Assembly (NCBI GenBank): GCA_035499915.1
Contig: DATJXU010000004.1
Location: forward strand, 1,398-65,397
DNA: 64,000 nucleotides
Direction: 5' to 3'
From: Acidocella sp.
Lineage (GTDB): Bacteria > Pseudomonadota > Alphaproteobacteria > Acetobacterales > Acetobacteraceae
Under the pieces are notes generated by a model. That model was given only the letters and a program-made list of their open reading frames with translations, had not been told where the DNA came from and did not search any database. Of the stretch, positions 47,800-60,370 are shown piece by piece; the stretch's first letter is position 1; each line of letters begins with the position of its first letter. The position numbers and the translations under genes are program-made.

Positions 47800-49844
47800 C
47801 TCTCAACCTACGGCCGGACGGCCCGCCGCCTTCCCGTAGGAAAGGCGGAACGGGTCGTGGCGGTGAGACGCCGGCGATGGAAACCGTGCGCGTCACCAGC
47901 CCTGATCTGGACCAGCGCACCACGCTGGAGCGCGCGCGGGGCCGGGTGGTGATCGGGGCCTTCATGTTCATTGGGCTTTACAGCGTTCTGGCGCTGAAGC
48001 TCATCTGGGCGACTGTGGTGGCGCCGATTTACCCAAGTGCCGCGCAGATTGCGGCCATGACGCCGCAGCTGAGCGTGACCCCGCCACCGCCCGGGCGGGC
48101 CGATATCGTCGACCGCAACGGCACCATTCTCGCCGTTTCGCTGCCCGGCGCCTCATTATATGCCGACCCGCAGCAGGTGCCGGACCCGCAAGCGGCGGCG
48201 ACATTGCTGGCCAACGCCTTGCCGGGCACGAACCTGGCCTGGCTGGCCCACGAGCTCGGCGCCGATGTGCCGCAGGATAAGCGCAAGGAATTCGTCTATC
48301 TCGACCGCCGCCTGACCCCGCAGGAGGAGATGGCGGTGAACTCGCTCGGCATTCCGGGGGTTTACTTCGAGAACCGCGAGGAACGCCATTTCCCGGATGG
48401 CGATCTGGCCGCGCATATTCTGGGCGGTGTGAATATCGATTCCTCCGGGCTCGCGGGGGTTGAGAAATATTTCAACAAGCGCCTGACCACCGATCCGCAG
48501 CCGCTGCAGCTTTCCATCGATGCCGGAATCCAGAGCATCGTTCATGACGAGCTGGCCGCGGCGGTAAAGGAGTTCCAGGCCCCCGGCGCCTGCGCGATCG
48601 TGATGAACGTTCATACCGGCGAGGTTCTGGCGATGGCCAGTCTGCCGGATTACGACGTGAACGACTACCGCTCGGTCACGCCCAATCAGCAATTCGACCG
48701 TTGCGTGAACGGCAATTACGAGCCGGGTTCCGTGTTCAAGTTGCAAATCGTGTCGATGGGGCTCGATAGCGGGTTGATCCATTGGTGGGATTATTTCGAC
48801 ACCACCCATCCGCTGCGGATCGGGCGGTTCCAGATCACCGATTTCGAGCCGGTTCATACGTGGATGGCGGTGCCGGAGATCCTCAACGTCTCCTCCAATA
48901 TCGGTGCCTCGCGCATCGCCACCATTTTGGGGCCGCAGATCGAGCAGGCCTGGTACGCCAAGCAGAAATTCTTCCAGCCGCTCAACATCCAGCTTCCCGG
49001 CCCGCCGATGCCGCTTTTCCCCTCCAAGAGCAATTGGGGGCTGGCCGCGACGATGACGGTATCCTTTGGCGCGGGCATCGCGGTTTCGCCCTTGCAGCTC
49101 GTCACCGCCGTGGCGCCGATCGTCAATGGCGGTGTCCGTTATGATCCCACCTTGCTGAAGGTGGACCCGAACGGGCCGCAGCCGCAGGGCGTGCGGATCA
49201 TGCAGCAATCCACATCCGACATGATGCGCAAGCTGATGACCAATGTGGTGCTGTTCGGCTCCGGCAAGAATGCCGCGGTGCCTGGCTATGTGGTCGGCGG
49301 TAAAACCGGCACGGCGCAGGTGGTGGGACCCAATGGCCGCTACCTCAAGCACACCAACAACGCCTCCTTCATGGCGGCGTTCCCGATGCAGGACCCGCAA
49401 TATGTCATATATGTGCTGGTGCTGCAGCCCAAGCCGGACGCCACCACCTACGGCTTCACCACCGGCGGCTTTATCGCGGCGCCGACAGTGTCGCGGATCA
49501 TTGCCCGCATGGGGCCGATGCTCGGCATCATGCCCTCCACAGGCGATGAGCTGGCGCAGCTGGACGCGCAGCTGACCGTGCCGCTGAACCCCACCCCGCC
49601 GCCGGGGCAGCACGCGCTGGGGCCGGACGACCCGTTGCCACCGGGGGCCAATGGCTTCGCCTATGAGCTGATGGGCCAGAAACCACCGGAGGCGACGGCA
49701 GCGGCTCAGCCCGCCACGGCCGCGCCGGCGCGGCCAGCCGCCTCCGAGGGGCGCAAACCTTCGCATAATGGAATCATGGCGCCGGTCTCGCCGATGATGG
49801 GCAGCCACATGACCGAGCGGGACACTGGAGATGAGCAAGGCTGA
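47796..49844 (+). CDS. ftsI: Peptidoglycan transpeptidase PBP3
   Basis: RADIVDRNG, YEPGSVFK (SxxK), SSN and KTGTA. Confidence 0.96.
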   Translation: MTLNLRPDGPPPSRRKGGTGRGGETPAMETVRVTSPDLDQRTTLERARGRVVIGAFMFIGLYSVLALKLIWATVVAPIYPSAAQIAAMTPQLSVTPPPPGRADIVDRNGTILAVSLPGASLYADPQQVPDPQAAATLLANALPGTNLAWLAHELGADVPQDKRKEFVYLDRRLTPQEEMAVNSLGIPGVYFENREERHFPDGDLAAHILGGVNIDSSGLAGVEKYFNKRLTTDPQPLQLSIDAGIQSIVHDELAAAVKEFQAPGACAIVMNVHTGEVLAMASLPDYDVNDYRSVTPNQQFDRCVNGNYEPGSVFKLQIVSMGLDSGLIHWWDYFDTTHPLRIGRFQITDFEPVHTWMAVPEILNVSSNIGASRIATILGPQIEQAWYAKQKFFQPLNIQLPGPPMPLFPSKSNWGLAATMTVSFGAGIAVSPLQLVTAVAPIVNGGVRYDPTLLKVDPNGPQPQGVRIMQQSTSDMMRKLMTNVVLFGSGKNAAVPGYVVGGKTGTAQVVGPNGRYLKHTNNASFMAAFPMQDPQYVIYVLVLQPKPDATTYGFTTGGFIAAPTVSRIIARMGPMLGIMPSTGDELAQLDAQLTVPLNPTPPPGQHALGPDDPLPPGANGFAYELMGQKPPEATAAAQPATAAPARPAASEGRKPSHNGIMAPVSPMMGSHMTERDTGDEQG

Positions 49845-51213
49845 AATGCAGGGGGTATTAGGCATCACAGCTGATAGTCGCGCGGTTTTGCCGGGCTATC
49901 TGTTCGCCGCCCTGCCGGGCGTGAAGGCCGATGGCCGCCGCTTCATCGCCGAGGCGGTGCAGAAAGGCGCCATTGCCGTGCTGGCGCCGGAAGGCACGGC
50001 CTGGCCGCCTGGTGTGCCACCGCGCCGGCTGATCACGGCGCCGGATGCGCGGGTGAAGCTGGCGGAGCTGGCGGTGGAATTCTTCGGCCGCCTGCCGGAG
50101 CGGCTGGTGGCTGTCACCGGCACTAACGGCAAAACCAGCACGGTGGATTTTTTGCGCCAGATTTTTACGCTTGCCGGGCGCAAGGCGGCCTCTGTCGGTA
50201 CGCTGGGGGTGATCGCGCCGGGGCATGAACCCTCCGGCAGCCTGACAACGCCCGACCCGGTGACGCTGGCGCAAACCCTGGCCGGGCTGGCGCGGGAAGG
50301 GGTGAGCGATGTGGCAATGGAGGCCTCCAGCCATGGGCTGGACCAGCACCGGCTGGATGGTCTGCGCTTCGCGGCGGCGGGCTTCACCAATCTGACGCGC
50401 GATCATCTGGATTATCACGGCTCCATGGAAGCTTATGGCGCGGCCAAGCTGCGTCTGTTCGAGGCTCTGCTGAAGCGCGGCGGCACGGCACGGGCGATGG
50501 AGGATCTGGCGCCCGAGATTTTGGCGCGATTGAAGGAGCTGGCCGCCGCCCGCGGGCTGGACTTCGAGACCGTGGCGGTTGAACGGGTGGAGCCCAGGCC
50601 GGACGGGCAGCTCGTGCAGGTGAATGGCCAAGTGGTGGAGCTGCATCTGCCCGGGCGTTTCCAGGCTGATAACGCGGCGCTGGCGGCAAGCCTGGCCGAA
50701 GCCGTGGGGATTTCGGGCGCACTCTCCTTGCTGCCGCAACTGCGCGGTGTGCGCGGCCGGCTTGAACGTGCCCTGGTGCTGCCCAATGGCGCGGCCGCCT
50801 ATGTCGATTACGCCCATACGCCGGATGCGATTGCCCGGGTGCTCTCGGCCCTGCGCCCCCACGCCACCGGGCGGTTGCACATCGTCTTCGGCGCCGGTGG
50901 CGACCGCGATTCCGGCAAGCGCCCGCTGATGGGCGAGGCCGCCGCGAAGGGCGCAGATGTGGTGATCGTGACCGACGACAATCCCCGTAGCGAGGACCCG
51001 GCAATGATCCGCCAGACCATCCTGGCCGCTTGCCCCAATGCCACCGAAATCGGCGACCGCCGCGCCGCCATCGCCGCCGCGCTGGAGGGCCTGCGGGCGG
51101 GCGATGTGCTGGTGGTGGCGGGCAAGGGGCATGAGCAGGGGCAGATCGTGAAGGGCGAAGTCATCCCGTTCGACGACGCCTCGGTCATCCGTGAGCTGGG
51201 AGGCGCGGCATGA
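49831..51213 (+). CDS. murE: UDP-MurNAc-tripeptide synthetase
   Basis: TGTNGKTS, TTPD, MEASSHG, DYAHTPD and DNPR. Confidence 0.97.
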   Translation: MSKAEMQGVLGITADSRAVLPGYLFAALPGVKADGRRFIAEAVQKGAIAVLAPEGTAWPPGVPPRRLITAPDARVKLAELAVEFFGRLPERLVAVTGTNGKTSTVDFLRQIFTLAGRKAASVGTLGVIAPGHEPSGSLTTPDPVTLAQTLAGLAREGVSDVAMEASSHGLDQHRLDGLRFAAAGFTNLTRDHLDYHGSMEAYGAAKLRLFEALLKRGGTARAMEDLAPEILARLKELAAARGLDFETVAVERVEPRPDGQLVQVNGQVVELHLPGRFQADNAALAASLAEAVGISGALSLLPQLRGVRGRLERALVLPNGAAAYVDYAHTPDAIARVLSALRPHATGRLHIVFGAGGDRDSGKRPLMGEAAAKGADVVIVTDDNPRSEDPAMIRQTILAACPNATEIGDRRAAIAAALEGLRAGDVLVVAGKGHEQGQIVKGEVIPFDDASVIRELGGAA

Positions 51214-52550
51214 GCGCGCTCTGGACGGCCGATGAGCTGAAAGCGGCGCTGGGCGTGGCGCAGGCCTGGGATGTTTCCGGCATCTCCATCGATACCCGCA
51301 CGCTCCAGCCCGGCGACCTGTTCGTGGCGCTGTCCGATGTGCGCGACGGGCATGATTTCGTGGATGCCGCCTTTGCCAAGGGCGCCGCGGCGGCGTTGGT
51401 CTCCCGGCCCATGGCGGGCAATGCCATTGTGGTGCCGGACACGCTGAAGGCGCTGGAGGCTTTGGGCAAGGCGGCGCGGGCGCGTTCCGCCGCGAAAGCC
51501 GTGGCGGTGACGGGCTCCGTCGGCAAGACCACGGTGAAGGAAATGCTCCGCCGTACCCTTTCCGCCTTCGGCCCCGTGCATGCGGCGCAAGCGAGCTTCA
51601 ACAACCATATCGGCGTGCCGCTGACGCTGGCGCGCATGCCCCGGGACACCGCCTTTGGCGTGTTCGAGATCGGCATGAACCATCCCGGCGAGATCGCGCC
51701 CTTGGCCGCCCTGGTGCGGCCGGATGTGGCCATCGTCACCTGCGTGGACCGCGCGCATCTCGGGCTGATGGGCTCGGAACTGGCCATCGCCAAGGAGAAG
51801 GCCAGCATCTACGCGGCGTTGGCGCCGGGCGGAAAGGCGGTGATCCCGGGGGAGACGGCTTATTTGCAGGCGCTGCGCGAAGCGGTGCCGCCCGGCCATT
51901 GCGCGCTGTTGTTCAACGGCCCCGAAGCCCGGCTGCTGGACGTGCTGGGCGGACCGGAAACCTCCGAGGTTGCGGCTGAAATTCTCGACACCAAGCTCTA
52001 TTTCCGCCTCGCCGCCCCCGGCCGGCACATGGCCATTAACGGCTTGGCGGTCCTCACCGCCGCCGCCGCCCTGGGGCTGGACGTTGCAAAAGCCGCCGCC
52101 GCGCTGAGCGGTTTTGCCCCCTATGCGGGGCGCGGGGCGCGGCGGGAACTGGTGCTGCCGGATGGTGGCAAAGTTCTGTTGCTGGATGAGAGCTACAATG
52201 CCTCCGGCGCCTCCATGCGGGCGGCGTTTTCGGTGCTGAAACTCCAGCCGGGCCGCCATGTGGCGGTGCTGGGGGACATGCTGGAGTTGGGCGAGCATGC
52301 CGAGGCGGAGCATCTGGCCTTGGCGCCAGCGCTGCGTGAGAGCGCGAATGTGGTTTTTGCCGCCGGGCCCTGCTGCGGGGCTTTGTTCGAATCGCTCCCC
52401 CGGGCGATGCAGGGCGCGCATGCGCCTGACGCGGCCACGCTGGCACCCTTGGTCAAAGCCGCTCTGCGCGATGGCGATGCCGTGCTGGTAAAGGGCAGCT
52501 TCGGCAGCCGCATGCGCGATGTGATTTTTGCCCTGGAAAGTTCCGGCTGA
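51210..52550 (+). CDS. murF: UDP-MurNAc-tripeptide--D-Ala-D-Ala ligase
   Basis: [30 protein letters not shown] and GDMLELG. Confidence 0.97.
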   Translation: MSALWTADELKAALGVAQAWDVSGISIDTRTLQPGDLFVALSDVRDGHDFVDAAFAKGAAAALVSRPMAGNAIVVPDTLKALEALGKAARARSAAKAVAVTGSVGKTTVKEMLRRTLSAFGPVHAAQASFNNHIGVPLTLARMPRDTAFGVFEIGMNHPGEIAPLAALVRPDVAIVTCVDRAHLGLMGSELAIAKEKASIYAALAPGGKAVIPGETAYLQALREAVPPGHCALLFNGPEARLLDVLGGPETSEVAAEILDTKLYFRLAAPGRHMAINGLAVLTAAAALGLDVAKAAAALSGFAPYAGRGARRELVLPDGGKVLLLDESYNASGASMRAAFSVLKLQPGRHVAVLGDMLELGEHAEAEHLALAPALRESANVVFAAGPCCGALFESLPRAMQGAHAPDAATLAPLVKAALRDGDAVLVKGSFGSRMRDVIFALESSG

Positions 52551-53638
52551 TGTTTTACTGGCTCCTGCTTCCGCTTGCCGGATATGTCCATTTTTTCAAC
52601 CTGTTCAGGTACATCACCTTTCGGGCGGGCGGGGCCTGCCTGACGGCGCTGGTCATCAGCTTCTGGGTTGGGCCGAAGCTGATCCGCAAGCTGCGCGCCA
52701 TGCAGCGCCATGGCCAGCCCATCCGTTCCGATGGGCCAGAGCGCCATCTGATCGAGAAAAAAGGCACGCCCACCATGGGCGGCACGCTCATTTTGCTGGC
52801 GCTGGGCGCTTCGACCCTGCTTTGGGCGGACCTCTCCAACGGCTATGTCTGGGCCACCATGATGGTGACCTTCGGCTATGGCGCCATTGGCTTTGCGGAT
52901 GATTTCCTGAAGCTCACCAAGCGCAACACCAAGGGGGTTTCCGGCCGTACCCGGCTGCTGGGCGAGGCGGCCATCGGGCTGGTGGCAGCACTCTGGATGG
53001 TGCATTTGATGCCCCCCGCCATTGCCGATGGCGTGGCCGTGCCCCTGTTCAAGAACCTGCTGATTCCGCTGGGCTTCCTGTTCCCCATCTTCGGCCTGCT
53101 GGTGATGATGGGCTCGGCCAACGCGGTGAATTTCACCGACGGATTGGATGGCCTTGCCACCGTGCCGACAATGATTGCGGCGGGGGTGTTCGGGCTCATC
53201 GCCTATCTGGTCGGCAACCGTATTTTCGCGGGCTATCTGGAAATCCATTTCGTCCCCGGTGTGGGCGAACTCACCGTGTTCCTCTCCGCGCTCATCGGCG
53301 CGGGCATGGGGTTCCTGTGGTTCAACGCGCCGCCGGCGGCGGTGTTCATGGGCGATACAGGCTCGCTCTCGCTGGGCGGGGCGCTGGGCGCGGTGGCGGT
53401 GGCGACGAAGAATGAGATCGTGCTGGCCATCGTCGGCGGGCTGTTCGTGGTCGAGACCATCTCCGTCATCGTGCAGGTGTTCTGGTTCAAGCGCACCGGG
53501 CGGCGCGTGTTCCTGATGGCGCCGCTGCATCATCATTTTGAGAAGAAGGGCTGGGCGGAGCCGACCATCGTGATCCGTTTCTGGATCATTTCCATGATTC
53601 TGGGGCTGGTGGGACTCGCCACCTTGAAGATCCGATGA
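52550..53638 (+). CDS. mraY: Phospho-N-acetylmuramoyl-pentapeptide transferase
   Basis: [28 protein letters not shown] and MAPLHHHFE. Confidence 0.98.
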   Translation: MFYWLLLPLAGYVHFFNLFRYITFRAGGACLTALVISFWVGPKLIRKLRAMQRHGQPIRSDGPERHLIEKKGTPTMGGTLILLALGASTLLWADLSNGYVWATMMVTFGYGAIGFADDFLKLTKRNTKGVSGRTRLLGEAAIGLVAALWMVHLMPPAIADGVAVPLFKNLLIPLGFLFPIFGLLVMMGSANAVNFTDGLDGLATVPTMIAAGVFGLIAYLVGNRIFAGYLEIHFVPGVGELTVFLSALIGAGMGFLWFNAPPAAVFMGDTGSLSLGGALGAVAVATKNEIVLAIVGGLFVVETISVIVQVFWFKRTGRRVFLMAPLHHHFEKKGWAEPTIVIRFWIISMILGLVGLATLKIR

Positions 53639-54927
53639 AGCCCTTTGCCGGAACGCGTTTCGCCGTGGTGGGGCTGGGCCGGGCCGGACTGCCGGCCGCC
53701 CAACGCCTGAAGGAATTCGGCGCTGATGTCGTTGTGTGGGACGATGGCGAGGCCTCCCGCGAAGCCGCGGCGGCGGCGGGTTTCAGGGTTGGCCGCCCGA
53801 GCGAGGCGGGGCAGGGATTCGATGCGCTGGTGCTCTCGCCGGGCATTCCCCACCGCCTGCCCAAGCCGCACCCGCAAGCCGCCTGGGCGCTGGCAAACGG
53901 CGTGCCGATTCTCACCGATGCCGAACTGCTCTACCGTGCCGTGCGGGCACTGGGCAGCAAGGCGCGATTCGCGGGCATTACCGGCACCAACGGCAAATCC
54001 ACCACCACCGCCTTGCTGGCGCATATACTGACAGTGGCGGGTGTGCCGAACGCGGCGGGGGCGAATCTGGGGCCGGCGGCGCTCTCCTTGCCGCTTCTGC
54101 CAGATGACGGCGTCTATGTGCTCGAAATGTCCAGCTATATGTTGGAGAGACTCGAATCGTTACGCTTCGATGCAGCTGCAATGCTGAATCTTTCGCCCGA
54201 CCATCTGGACCGCCATGGTGACATGGCAGGTTACGAGGCCGCCAAGCGGGAGATTTTCGCGCGCCAGGATGAAAGCTGCACGGCGGTGATCGGGATGGAT
54301 GACCAAGCATCCCGCCAGATGGCCGCCTGGCTGCATACATGCCCCGCCAAGGTTGTCGAGATTTCCGGCAAGGGGCACGAGACCGGCGCCAAAGCGTTGT
54401 CCGGCGCGCATAATGCCCAGAACGCCCTGGCTGCGGCCGCCCTGGCACGGGCCCTGGGCGTGTCCGAAGCCGCGATTGCCGAGGGAACCAAGAGCTTTCC
54501 CGGCCTCGCCCACCGCGCCCAGGAAGTGGCGGTGCGCGAGGGGGTGCGCTTCATCAATGACAGCAAGGCCACCAATGCGGATGCGGCCAGCCGGGCGATG
54601 AGCGTGTTCGAGCGTTTCGTCTGGATCGCGGGCGGGGTGGCCAAGGCGGGCGGCATCGAGGACTTGGCGCCTTTGTTCCCGCGCATCGAGAAGGCCTTCC
54701 TGATCGGCCAGGATGGCGAGGCTTTCTCCCGGTGCCTGAGCGCGGCGGGGGTTGCCAATGAATATGTCGGCACCTTGGAAAAGGCGGTGCCGGCGGCCTT
54801 CGCGGCGGCGAAGGTTGCGAGCGGCGTGGTGCTGTTCTCCCCCGCCACGGCGAGCTTCGACCAGTTTCCAAATTTTGAGGCGCGCGGCGATCGCTTCGCC
54901 GCCCTGGCGAAAGAGGGAGCGGAATAA
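53635..54927 (+). CDS. murD: UDP-MurNAc-L-Ala--D-Glu ligase
   Basis: [25 protein letters not shown] and NDSKATN. Confidence 0.97.
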   Translation: MKPFAGTRFAVVGLGRAGLPAAQRLKEFGADVVVWDDGEASREAAAAAGFRVGRPSEAGQGFDALVLSPGIPHRLPKPHPQAAWALANGVPILTDAELLYRAVRALGSKARFAGITGTNGKSTTTALLAHILTVAGVPNAAGANLGPAALSLPLLPDDGVYVLEMSSYMLERLESLRFDAAAMLNLSPDHLDRHGDMAGYEAAKREIFARQDESCTAVIGMDDQASRQMAAWLHTCPAKVVEISGKGHETGAKALSGAHNAQNALAAAALARALGVSEAAIAEGTKSFPGLAHRAQEVAVREGVRFINDSKATNADAASRAMSVFERFVWIAGGVAKAGGIEDLAPLFPRIEKAFLIGQDGEAFSRCLSAAGVANEYVGTLEKAVPAAFAAAKVASGVVLFSPATASFDQFPNFEARGDRFAALAKEGAE

Positions 54928-54929
54928 TA

Positions 54930-56042
54930 ATGCAACTCTCTCGCGCGGATACCTCGCTCGTCGGACGCTGGTGGTGGAGCGTCGACCGTGTGACGCTGAT
55001 GGCCCTCGCGGTGCTGCTGGCCATTGGTTACGTGCTGGCTCTGGCGGCCTCCCCAGGGCTTTCCGCCCATATCACCGACCCGCGCACGCTGGCGATGATC
55101 AAGCAGATCGGCTTTCTGGTGGTTGGCGGGCTGACGATGCTGTTCATGTCCATGCTCAGTCTGCGGCAGGTGAAGCTGGCCGCGCTTGGCATGGGCATCG
55201 TGTTCTATCTGCTCACCTCCTTCACCCTTCTGCACGGCACCGAGGTGGATGGCGCGCGGCGCTGGCTCTCGCTGCCAGGCTTTACCATCCAGCCTTCAGA
55301 GTTCCTGCGCCCGGCCTTCATCATCATTAGTGGCTGGTGCATCGCGGAATCGCGCCGCACACCGGGCTTTCCCGGCAAGCGCGCGGCACTCTGCGTCTAC
55401 ATTGCCACCGCGGCACTTTTGAAGATGCAGCCCGATATCGGCATGACCTTCCTGTTCACCATGGTGGTGTTCACCCAGTTCTATCTGGACGGGATGGATA
55501 TGAAATGGGTGGCTGTCGCGGCGGTGCTGGTGGTGCTGGCGGGCATCTATGCTTTCTTCTTCATCACCCATGTGCATACGCGCGTGATGATGTTCATCGA
55601 CCCGCCGAAAGGCAGCCAGGCGCAAACGGCGCTCATGGCCTTCGGCAATGGCGGCATGTTCGGGCTGGGGCCGGGCGAGGGGCAGGTGAAGCACTTCCTG
55701 CCGGATGCGCGCGCCGATTTCGTCTTCGCCGTTGCAGGTGAGGAGTTCGGGCTGTTCTTCTGCGCCTTCATCATCGCGGTATTCGCCGCCATTGTTCTGC
55801 GCGCCTTCGTGCGGCTGCTGGCGGAACCCAATTTGTTCGTGGTGCTGGCGGCGGGCGGGTTGATCGCGGGCTTCGGGCTGCAGGCCTTCGTGAACATGGC
55901 CTCGTCGCTGTCGCTGATTCCCACCAAAGGCATGACGCTGCCTTTCATTTCCTATGGCGGCAGTTCAGCCTTGGCGATTTCCATCCAGATGGGATTCCTG
56001 CTGGCGCTGACGCGCAAACGCCATGCGGGAGACACGCAATGA
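54930..56042 (+). CDS. ftsW: SEDS peptidoglycan polymerase FtsW
   Basis: GARRW, QPSEF, QPD.G, DFVFAVAGEE.G and KGMTLPFISYGGS. Confidence 0.96.
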   Translation: MQLSRADTSLVGRWWWSVDRVTLMALAVLLAIGYVLALAASPGLSAHITDPRTLAMIKQIGFLVVGGLTMLFMSMLSLRQVKLAALGMGIVFYLLTSFTLLHGTEVDGARRWLSLPGFTIQPSEFLRPAFIIISGWCIAESRRTPGFPGKRAALCVYIATAALLKMQPDIGMTFLFTMVVFTQFYLDGMDMKWVAVAAVLVVLAGIYAFFFITHVHTRVMMFIDPPKGSQAQTALMAFGNGGMFGLGPGEGQVKHFLPDARADFVFAVAGEEFGLFFCAFIIAVFAAIVLRAFVRLLAEPNLFVVLAAGGLIAGFGLQAFVNMASSLSLIPTKGMTLPFISYGGSSALAISIQMGFLLALTRKRHAGDTQ

Positions 56043-57145
56043 GGGCGCAGGCGCATAAGCCGATCGTCATCGCCGCCGGTGGTACGGGCGGGCATTTCTT
56101 TCCGGCCGAGGCGCTGGCGGCGGAGCTTTTGCGCCGTGGCGAGCGCGTGGTATTGCTGACCGATGCACGCTCCGGCGGCCTGGCTTCGCCCGTCTTCGCC
56201 CAGACTGAAAAACATGTGGTGGCGGGCGCGGGGTTGGCCGGGCGCGGGTTTTCCCGTGCCGCCAAGGGGGCACTGGCGCTGGCGCAAGGCGTGTTGCAGG
56301 CGCGTGGGATTCTGCGCGGGCTGAAGCCGGGGGCGGTGGTGGCCTTCGGCGGCTATCCCTCCGTGCCGCCGGTGCTGGCGGTGGCGACGATGGCGGGGGC
56401 CAAGCCGCTGGTGGTGCTGCATGAGCAGAACGCCGTGCTGGGCCGGGCCAACCGCTTCCTGAGCCGTTTCGCCGGCCTGCTGGCGCTGAATTTCGCCAAC
56501 ACGCAACGCCTGCCTGAAAATGTGAAGCATGTTGTGGTGGGCAACCCGGTGCGCCCGGCGATCACCGAACTTTACGGACAGGGTTATGCGGCGCCGGGTG
56601 AAACCGTGGAGCTTTTGGTGGTCGGCGGCTCCCTGGGCGCAAAGGTGTTTTCCACCCTGGTTCCGGCGGCACTGGCTTTGCTGCCGGCGGCATTGCGCGC
56701 GCGTCTGCATGTGACGCAGCAATGCCGTGCCGATGATATCGAGGCCGCGCGGCAGGTGCTCAAAGAGGCCGGGATCGAGGCGCAGCTTTCGCCTTTCTTT
56801 ACGGATGTCGCCGCGTTGTTGAAGCGCGCCCATCTCGTCATCGCCCGTGCGGGCGCTTCCACCGTGGCGGAGATCGCGGTGGCGGGGCGGCCGGCCATCT
56901 TCATTCCGCTGCCCGGCGCCATTGACGACCATCAGCGCGCCAATGCCGATGCGCTGGCGGCGCATAAGGCGGCGTTGCGGCTGGACCAGGCCGGGCTTAC
57001 ACCTGAAATTTTGGCGAAAGAGATTGAGACTTTTTTGATGAATCCTGAGAGTTTGACGAAGGCGGCGGCCGCTTGCGCGCAGCTGGGTGAACCGCAGGCG
57101 GCCTCCCGGCTGGCGGATCTGGTGCAGGAAAGGGTGCAGGCATGA
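56039..57145 (+). CDS. murG: Lipid II GlcNAc transferase
   Basis: AGGTGGH, GGYPS, HEQN, GNPVR, GGSLGA and RAGAST. Confidence 0.98.
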   Translation: MRAQAHKPIVIAAGGTGGHFFPAEALAAELLRRGERVVLLTDARSGGLASPVFAQTEKHVVAGAGLAGRGFSRAAKGALALAQGVLQARGILRGLKPGAVVAFGGYPSVPPVLAVATMAGAKPLVVLHEQNAVLGRANRFLSRFAGLLALNFANTQRLPENVKHVVVGNPVRPAITELYGQGYAAPGETVELLVVGGSLGAKVFSTLVPAALALLPAALRARLHVTQQCRADDIEAARQVLKEAGIEAQLSPFFTDVAALLKRAHLVIARAGASTVAEIAVAGRPAIFIPLPGAIDDHQRANADALAAHKAALRLDQAGLTPEILAKEIETFLMNPESLTKAAAACAQLGEPQAASRLADLVQERVQA

Positions 57146-58578
57146 GGGCGCTGCCGCTTTCCATCGGGCCGCTGCATTTTGTCGGCATTGGCGGCATCGG
57201 CATGTCCGGCATCGCCGAGGTGCTGCATGAGCTGGGGTACCGGGTGCAGGGTTCAGATCTCTCCGAAAATGCCAATGTGCAGCGCCTGCGCGCCGCGGGG
57301 ATTCCCGTGGCGGTGGGGCATGATGCGAAGAACCTTGGTGCTGCCCAGGTGGTGGTGATCTCCACCGCCGTGCCGAAGGATAATCCCGAGGTGCTGGCCG
57401 CGCGCGCCAAGCTGATTCCCGTGGTGCGGCGCGCGGAAATGCTGGCCGAGCTGATGCGCCTGAAATGGGCCGTGGCCATTGGCGGCACCCATGGCAAGAC
57501 GACGACCACTTCATTGGTGGCGGCTGTGCTCGAAGGGGCGGGGTTTGACCCCACCGTGATCAATGGCGGCATCATCAATGCCTATGGCTCCAACACGCGC
57601 CTGGGTTCGGGTGACTGGATGGTGGTGGAGGCCGATGAATCCGATGGCAGCTTCCTGCGCCTGCCTGCCGTCATCACCATTGTCACCAATATGGACCCTG
57701 AGCATCTGGATCATTGGGGCAGCAAGGAGGCGATGGAGGCGGGGTATCGTCAATTCGTCGCCAATATTCCTTTTTACGGCTTCGCCGTGCTTTGCATCGA
57801 CCATCCCGCCGTGCAGCAGATGATCCCTGACCTCTCGGATCATCGCCTCATCACCTACGGCTTTTCGCCGCAGGCGGATGTGCGGGCGGAGCGCATCATT
57901 TCCTCCAAGGATGGCGCGACATTCGAGGTCCGCGTTTCCGATCGCATTTCCGGCCGGGCGCGGCGCGTTGGCCCGTTCAAGCTGCCGATGCTGGGCAACC
58001 ATAATGTCCAGAACGCGCTGGCGGCCATCGCCGTGGCGCTGGAGATGGAGGTTGACGAGCAGCAGATCAAAACGGCGCTGTCCAAGTTCGCGGGCGTGAA
58101 GCGCCGCTTCACCAAAACCGGCGAGGCGGGCGGCATCACCGTGATCGACGATTACGGCCATCACCCGGTGGAAATCGCGGCGGTGCTGAAGGCGGCGCGT
58201 CAGGCAGGCGCACGCGATGTCGTCGCGGTGGTGCAGCCGCACCGTTTCAGCCGGCTGCAAAGCCTGTTCGAGGAATTCTGCGCCTGCATGAACGATGCCG
58301 GCACCGTCATCGTCGCGGATGTGTATGCCGCGGGTGAACAGCCGATCGAAGGAGTGGACAAGGACGCGCTGGTGGAAGGCTTGCGCGCGCGCGGCCACCG
58401 CTCCGTGGTGCCGATGGCCGACCCCTCGCATCTGCCGGAGATGGTGCATGCCATCGCGCGCCATGGCGATTTTGTTGTGTGCCTTGGCGCTGGCAGCATC
58501 ACGCAATGGGCGGCGGCGCTGCCGCACCAGCTTGGCGAGCTGCAGGCCCAGGCCAAAACGGCGGGGATGCGGCGATGA
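57142..58578 (+). CDS. murC: UDP-MurNAc--L-Ala ligase
   Basis: [33 protein letters not shown] and QPHR. Confidence 0.98.
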   Translation: MRALPLSIGPLHFVGIGGIGMSGIAEVLHELGYRVQGSDLSENANVQRLRAAGIPVAVGHDAKNLGAAQVVVISTAVPKDNPEVLAARAKLIPVVRRAEMLAELMRLKWAVAIGGTHGKTTTTSLVAAVLEGAGFDPTVINGGIINAYGSNTRLGSGDWMVVEADESDGSFLRLPAVITIVTNMDPEHLDHWGSKEAMEAGYRQFVANIPFYGFAVLCIDHPAVQQMIPDLSDHRLITYGFSPQADVRAERIISSKDGATFEVRVSDRISGRARRVGPFKLPMLGNHNVQNALAAIAVALEMEVDEQQIKTALSKFAGVKRRFTKTGEAGGITVIDDYGHHPVEIAAVLKAARQAGARDVVAVVQPHRFSRLQSLFEEFCACMNDAGTVIVADVYAAGEQPIEGVDKDALVEGLRARGHRSVVPMADPSHLPEMVHAIARHGDFVVCLGAGSITQWAAALPHQLGELQAQAKTAGMRR

Positions 58579-59468
58579 TGGCAAGCACGATCCCGGCCAC
58601 GCGCGGGCGCCTGAAGGAGCATGAAATGTTGGCGCCAATGACGTGGTTTCGCGTCGGCGGGCCGGCGGAGTTTCTGCTCCGCCCCGCGGATGTCGAGGAT
58701 CTGTGCGCGTTTTTGAAGGATCTGCCGCTGGAAATGCCGGTGACCGTGATCGGCGCCGCGTCCAACCTCATCGTGCGCGATGGCGGCATCAATGGTGTCG
58801 TCATCAAGCTGGCGCGCGGCTTTGGAGACATCGAGATCGAGGCGGATGGGATCATCGCCGGGGCGGCAGCCCTGGATGTCACGGTCTCCGAACATGCGGC
58901 AGCGGCGGGGCTGACGGGGCTTGAGTTTCTCTCCGGCATTCCCGGCACCATCGGCGGTGCCGTGGCGATGAATGCGGGCGCTTATGGCGGTGACATGGCG
59001 GGGGTGCTGGACTGGGTGGACATCGTTTCCCGCTCCGGCGAGGTGACGCGGCTTTCCGTGCAGGCGCTTGGGCTAACCTACCGCCATTCCAACCTGCCAG
59101 CGGATGCGGTGGTGGTGCGCGCGCGCCTGCGGGCCCAGCCGGGCGAGGCGGCGCTGATCGGCGCGCGCATGGCCGAGATCAAGGCCAAACGCGAGGCCAC
59201 CCAGCCCGTGCGCGCCCGCACGGGCGGCTCCACCTTCGCCAACCCGGAAGGGCAGAAGGCGTGGGAGCTGGTGGACGCCGCAGGCTGCCGTGGCCTGCGC
59301 ATGGGCAATGCCCAGGTTTCGGAATTGCATTGCAATTTCCTGCTGAATCTCGGCGATGCCACGGCCGCCGAGCTGGAAGGGCTGGGCGAGGAGGTGCGCC
59401 GGCGTGTGGCGCAGAAATCAGGCGTGTCGCTACGCTGGGAAATCAAACGGATTGGAGTACCTGCGTGA
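58575..59468 (+). CDS. murB: UDP-N-acetylenolpyruvoylglucosamine reductase
   Basis: [31 protein letters not shown] and HCNF. Confidence 0.97.
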   Translation: MMASTIPATRGRLKEHEMLAPMTWFRVGGPAEFLLRPADVEDLCAFLKDLPLEMPVTVIGAASNLIVRDGGINGVVIKLARGFGDIEIEADGIIAGAAALDVTVSEHAAAAGLTGLEFLSGIPGTIGGAVAMNAGAYGGDMAGVLDWVDIVSRSGEVTRLSVQALGLTYRHSNLPADAVVVRARLRAQPGEAALIGARMAEIKAKREATQPVRARTGGSTFANPEGQKAWELVDAAGCRGLRMGNAQVSELHCNFLLNLGDATAAELEGLGEEVRRRVAQKSGVSLRWEIKRIGVPA

Positions 59469-60370
59469 TGCGTGTAGCGGTGTTGATGGGCGGCATGTCG
59501 TCCGAGCGGGAGGTTTCGCTCAATTCCGGCCAGCAGGTGTGCGAGGCGCTGCGCAAGGCTGGCTACGCCGTCACGCCGGTCGTGGTCACGGAGGATCTCG
59601 GCGCGCTGCTGGCGGCCCTAACCCCCCGGCCGGATGCCGTGTTCAACGCGCTGCACGGGCGCTTTGGAGAGGATGGCACCATCCAGGGCGTGCTGGATTA
59701 TATCGGCCTGCCCTACACACATTCCGGCGTGCGCGCCTCCGCCCTGGCGATGGACAAGGAAGCCGCGAAAGCCTTGTTCGTCTCCGCCGGGCTGCCGGTG
59801 GCGCCGCACAAGGTCATCGACATCGCCGAACTCGCCGATGCCGATCCTCTGCCGCGCCCCTATGTGGTGAAGCCGGTGAATGAGGGCTCGTCCGTCGGCG
59901 TCTCCATCGTCAAGGAGGGCGATAACCACCGCGCCGAGATCGTCGCCAGCTGGCAGTTCGGCCCGGCGATGGTGGAGCAATATATTCCGGGCCGCGAACT
60001 CACCGTGGGGGTGCTGGAAGACCGCGCTTTGACGGTGACGGAAATCCTGCCGGCTGAAAAATTCTACGATTATCATGCCAAATATGCAGCCGGCGGCTCG
60101 CGCCATGTGCTGCCGGCGCAAGTTCCTGCCGATATCGCGAAATCCGCGAAGGAGATCGCGGTGGCGGCCCATAAGGCGCTGGGCTGCCGCGGCGCCTCGC
60201 GCGCGGATCTGCGCTATGACGAGGAAACCGGCCGCCTGATCTTGCTGGAGGTGAACACCCAGCCAGGCATGACCGCGACCTCCCTGCTGCCTGAGCAGGC
60301 GGCGCACGAAGGCATGGACTTTCCCGCGCTCTGCGCCTGGATGGTGGAGAGGGCCGCATGCCGCGTGTAG
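59468..60370 (+). CDS. ddl: D-alanine--D-alanine ligase
   Basis: [26 protein letters not shown] and EVNTQPGMT. Confidence 0.97.
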   Translation: MRVAVLMGGMSSEREVSLNSGQQVCEALRKAGYAVTPVVVTEDLGALLAALTPRPDAVFNALHGRFGEDGTIQGVLDYIGLPYTHSGVRASALAMDKEAAKALFVSAGLPVAPHKVIDIAELADADPLPRPYVVKPVNEGSSVGVSIVKEGDNHRAEIVASWQFGPAMVEQYIPGRELTVGVLEDRALTVTEILPAEKFYDYHAKYAAGGSRHVLPAQVPADIAKSAKEIAVAAHKALGCRGASRADLRYDEETGRLILLEVNTQPGMTATSLLPEQAAHEGMDFPALCAWMVERAACRV